Shown piece after piece: positions 23,224 through 25,803 of a stretch of 25,803 nt of DNA. This stretch comes from Escherichia phage CBA6, in sequence record KM389300.1. One strand, 5' to 3'. The position numbers were made by a program, and so were the translations under genes. Below the pieces are notes generated by a model. That model ran no database searches and was not told the DNA's origin. It saw only the letters and a list, made by a program, of their open reading frames with translations. Position 1 is the first letter of the stretch; each line of letters starts with the position of its first letter.

Positions 23224-23611
23224 AAATACCCAAACTTCCCAGGAAATCACCGCCCAGGAAGAAAACAAACTTCCAAGTTATCTTCAGCGTGTGGTGGATA
23301 ACATTCCTCAGGGTGGCGACGGCGGCATTGTTTATGCTGGTGACTACGGTTGGGTATGTGAATACAAAGACGGCACGAAAGAGCTTCTCGCGGAACTTAC
23401 GGGGCTGGCGGGTACTTTACGTCGATATGGGCTAGACAAGTTCGGTAAGCCTATGAAACCAGGCACTGTGGTATCCACCGATATTACGGTTGAAGTCCTT
23501 CTCTTGCTTGACATCAATGATCTTAAAACATTGGCCGAACCTTTGGGAATTGTTTCTACCGACCGGAATGAAATTATTGCTCAATTGACTGAAAAACTCC
23601 AGATTAAATAA
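23198..23611 (+). CDS. hypothetical protein (137 aa)
   Basis: ATG at 23198 with strong SD TAGGAGAA (23184..23191); the ORF track start at 23105 is an SD-less extension. Confidence 0.5.
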   Translation: MAKTPKKIENTQTSQEITAQEENKLPSYLQRVVDNIPQGGDGGIVYAGDYGWVCEYKDGTKELLAELTGLAGTLRRYGLDKFGKPMKPGTVVSTDITVEVLLLLDINDLKTLAEPLGIVSTDRNEIIAQLTEKLQIK

Positions 23612-23643
23612 TCCCAGTGTATAACTGCTGATTATAATTCAAT

Positions 23644-24036
23644 ATGGCTATCGTTGACGAAAGCAATTTGATGGAATATGCCCTGAGACACTATATCACT
23701 GCTGGTGTCTCACGGGATGATTTGATGGTAGACATTCAGCGAATTTCGCTAATTAATCAATCATTGAAGAGATTTGTGCCAGGGAAAAGTCCTCGTGTGC
23801 TTATCAATCAATTGATTATTCTTTTCAATACTTTCGAAACTGAAGCTGTGTGTCGAATGCTGGTGTTGAAAACGGATAAGAACCAACATCCTCGTCTAAA
23901 GGCAGCGCTGTTGACGTTAGGAGTTTGGAGAGATGATTTATGTTCCGGTTCATACGAACCAGATAACGAGCTGATGATGGCTCTGAACAACGATTTGGAT
24001 GAGTGGAGGAAACCATGCCAACAATCACAGTATTAG
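23644..24036 (+). CDS. hypothetical protein (130 aa)
   Basis: ATG at 23644; no clear SD; 3' end overlaps the next gene by 22 nt. Confidence 0.45.
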   Translation: MAIVDESNLMEYALRHYITAGVSRDDLMVDIQRISLINQSLKRFVPGKSPRVLINQLIILFNTFETEAVCRMLVLKTDKNQHPRLKAALLTLGVWRDDLCSGSYEPDNELMMALNNDLDEWRKPCQQSQY

Positions 24037-24824
24037 TCGCGCCGGAAGTTGTCCGCAACAAACCGGAAACCGAACGCAATCATGTCGTGACGGGTGTTGC
24101 AAAGGGTTGGCAAAAAACCAGCCTAAATCAAGATCCTGATGAGATCCTGACCGAATGTAAAGGTCTTGATGCGTTGCTGACCAAAAGTAATCTGCAAGCG
24201 GACGGTGTCACCAAAGTTGATCCGACCAAGCCAGTAGGTTTCCAGGTTTCTTATGAAATCCATGATCCGACTGCTGTTCTTACCACAGGTCTGACCATTA
24301 CTCCGGCTACGGCCAGCGGGGAAATAGGCCAAATCGTTGAATTGCTGGCCACTGTTGCTCCTGTGAACGCAACATATCAAGGAGTGAACTGGTATTCTGG
24401 CGACCTGACGAAGGCGATCCATATCGGCGGTGGTAAATTCAAACTGCTTCAGTCTGGTTCTGTTACAGTTTATGGTGTTACTGTAGAAGGAAATCACACC
24501 GATTCCACCGTCATTACCGTCGCAGGGTTGTTGTCGTTGACAACTGACCTCATCGCCACCAAAGATGTTACTGCTGGTCAGGATGGCACTTTTAGCGTTG
24601 TGGCTGCGGGTGGGACAACCCCTTACACTTATGTGTGGCACTTCTCTGATGTTCCTGGCGGTGCGGGTGCGGTGATTGATGCCAGTGCTAACACGACTGC
24701 TGCTACTGCCAATTTGGTCATCACTGCAGTTGAAGCATCAGATGAAGGCGAATATTGGTGTGTAGTTTCTGATGCGGATGGTCATTCTGTAACATCCACC
24801 CGTTGTGAAATGGCTGTGGTGTAA
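24015..24824 (+). CDS. Ig-like domain protein (269 aa), Big_2-like plus Ig-like domains
   Basis: ATG at 24015 with SD GGAGG (24005..24009); Big_2-like stretch ATASGEIGQIVELLATVAPVNATYQGVNWYSGD...VTVYGVTVEGNHTDSTVITV; second Ig-like domain with DEGEYWCVV; Thr/Ala/Gly-rich linkers. Confidence 0.6.
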   Translation: MPTITVLVAPEVVRNKPETERNHVVTGVAKGWQKTSLNQDPDEILTECKGLDALLTKSNLQADGVTKVDPTKPVGFQVSYEIHDPTAVLTTGLTITPATASGEIGQIVELLATVAPVNATYQGVNWYSGDLTKAIHIGGGKFKLLQSGSVTVYGVTVEGNHTDSTVITVAGLLSLTTDLIATKDVTAGQDGTFSVVAAGGTTPYTYVWHFSDVPGGAGAVIDASANTTAATANLVITAVEASDEGEYWCVVSDADGHSVTSTRCEMAVV

Positions 24825-24827
24825 TTT

Positions 24828-25049
24828 ATGAAGAGCTTCCAGGATTACCTAGAAGACTCTTCGGCTCCGGCCACCACTACCGCTGATGTGGGGAAACCCG
24901 AAGGCGGTATGGTTCAAGAACCTGTCAAGAGACCGAAAGATCTTGAAGAAGAGTCAGGGTTTAAAAAGATCTTCGGTAATATATTCAAAGACCTTGACCT
25001 ATCCAAGGCCAGGAAATGGAATTTCAGGACAGGCAAATATGACGATTAA
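24828..25049 (+). CDS. small hypothetical protein (73 aa)
   Basis: ATG at 24828, 3 nt after the upstream stop; charged and Pro/Lys-rich; followed by a strong terminator. Confidence 0.45.
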   Translation: MKSFQDYLEDSSAPATTTADVGKPEGGMVQEPVKRPKDLEEESGFKKIFGNIFKDLDLSKARKWNFRTGKYDD

Positions 25050-25070
25050 AGAGGCTTCGGCCTCTTTTTC
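25050..25070 (+). terminator. intrinsic terminator
   Basis: Stem AGAGGC (25050..25055) / GCCTCT (25060..25065) with TTCG tetraloop, then TTTTTC. Confidence 0.8.
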
Positions 25071-25137
25071 ATTGTTGTGTCTAAGGGTATAATTTTTATG
25101 TTCCCCATGAGCGGAACGTAAATTCGAGGCTCCAACA

Positions 25138-25716
25138 ATGAAATCTTTAGTTAAACGAAAAGTAGAAGTATCCCTTAATGCGCATATTGAAATGCTACAA
25201 CAATTGGTTCTAGATGCGTATGAAATTCAAAAAGATCGCCGGATTCGTCACGACCTTGATCCCGCAGACAGTGGGAGCATGCTCTACTATCGAATGCTTC
25301 GCCAGACTGGTCACACTGCGGCGTTAAAGAAACTCCTTTCTGAAAAATTCCAAATTGAAAATGACATCGACGTATTCGGTGTATTTCACACTGCGGCGTT
25401 AAAGAAACTCCTTTCTGAAAAATTCCAAATTGAAAATGACATCGACGTATTCGGTGTATTTCACACTGCTCGTGAACGTGATACGTTTTTCACTCAATCG
25501 AAAAATGTAACCACAGGGGAGCAGTATGAAAAATTTGATCGAAAAGAGAAAACGTCGACCATGGCCAATTTTATGGGAACCAAAATCGACAAGGCCAATA
25601 TCATCGTGTTTTCAGATACTCTGCATGATGCTAAGCGCCTTTCCGCTGCCCATCAAATGTTAAAAGATAATCGCAGCTGCTTTACAAATTTGACTTTAGT
25701 AGTGTTTCTGGGCTAG
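25138..25716 (+). CDS. hypothetical protein (192 aa) containing a perfect 25-aa tandem duplication
   Basis: ATG at 25138 with SD GAGG (25124..25127); internal repeat HTAALKKLLSEKFQIENDIDVFGVF x2 encoded by identical 75-bp units. Confidence 0.6.
   Translation: MKSLVKRKVEVSLNAHIEMLQQLVLDAYEIQKDRRIRHDLDPADSGSMLYYRMLRQTGHTAALKKLLSEKFQIENDIDVFGVFHTAALKKLLSEKFQIENDIDVFGVFHTARERDTFFTQSKNVTTGEQYEKFDRKEKTSTMANFMGTKIDKANIIVFSDTLHDAKRLSAAHQMLKDNRSCFTNLTLVVFLG
25312..25461 (+). repeat. perfect 75-bp direct tandem duplication (2 copies), in frame within a CDS
   Basis: 25312..25386 and 25387..25461 are identical base for base; each copy begins CACACTGC, and the same 8-mer follows the second copy at 25462. 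Confidence 0.9.
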
Positions 25717-25725
25717 ATAATTTGT

Positions 25726-25748
25726 ATGGGGAGGAAACTCCCCATTTG
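25726..25748 (+). terminator. hairpin, possible terminator
   Basis: Stem ATGGGGAG (25726..25733) / CTCCCCAT (25738..25745), loop GAAA, then TTTG; its core is the reverse complement of the terminator at 5904..5921. Confidence 0.5.
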
Positions 25749-25763
25749 AATCGGAGGTGATTT

Positions 25764-25803
25764 ATGCTACGTTGCAAAAGAGGTTCCAACTCCTTTAAGT
25801 TGG
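25764..25803 (+). CDS. 5' end of a CDS running off the window (13 codons seen)
   Basis: ATG at 25764 with SD GGAGGTGA (25754..25761); reads MLRCKRGSNSFKL... to the window edge. Confidence 0.3.
   Translation, partial: MLRCKRGSNSFKL

Noticed and set aside
24123-24641. 172-aa ORF on the - strand
   Set aside because: Antisense within the Ig-like domain gene, whose + strand reading gives recognisable Big_2/Ig motifs.
1-25803. Prophage or mobile-element boundaries, CRISPR arrays, rRNA genes
   Set aside because: No integrase, transposase, attachment-site-like long direct repeats, spacer-repeat arrays or rRNA-like conserved blocks were seen. The window looks like contiguous virulent-phage early/replication DNA.

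Overview
This 25.8-kb window reads as a segment of a large virulent T4-type dsDNA phage genome, not a bacterial chromosome. Three genes anchor it: a family B DNA polymerase of the T4 gp43 type (6579..9575), rIIA (18513..21254) and rIIB (21287..22870). Around them are about 35 mostly small, tightly packed or overlapping genes with good Shine-Dalgarno sites, many GC-stem/T-tract intrinsic terminators, one T4 early-type promoter and one T4 late-type TATAAATA box. Most genes are on the + strand; a five-gene island at 4085..6499 is on the - strand. No rRNA, CRISPR array, integrase or transposase was seen. The most interesting content is a set of enzymes that look like a replisome-coupled DNA-modification system: an NMP-kinase-like P-loop kinase and a 411-aa protein carry the same C-terminal tail as the DNA polymerase, next to a HAD phosphatase, with an ACC-deaminase/D-cysteine-desulfhydrase-fold PLP enzyme further upstream. 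A second candidate system is a minimal diphtheria-toxin/PARP-like (H-Y-E) ADP-ribosyltransferase followed by a very acidic protein. Other notable items are a LemA-family protein paired with a Cys-rich membrane protein, and a perfect 75-bp in-frame tandem duplication. All calls come from reading the sequence and ORF track by eye; no database search or computation was run, and start codons were chosen from SD context.
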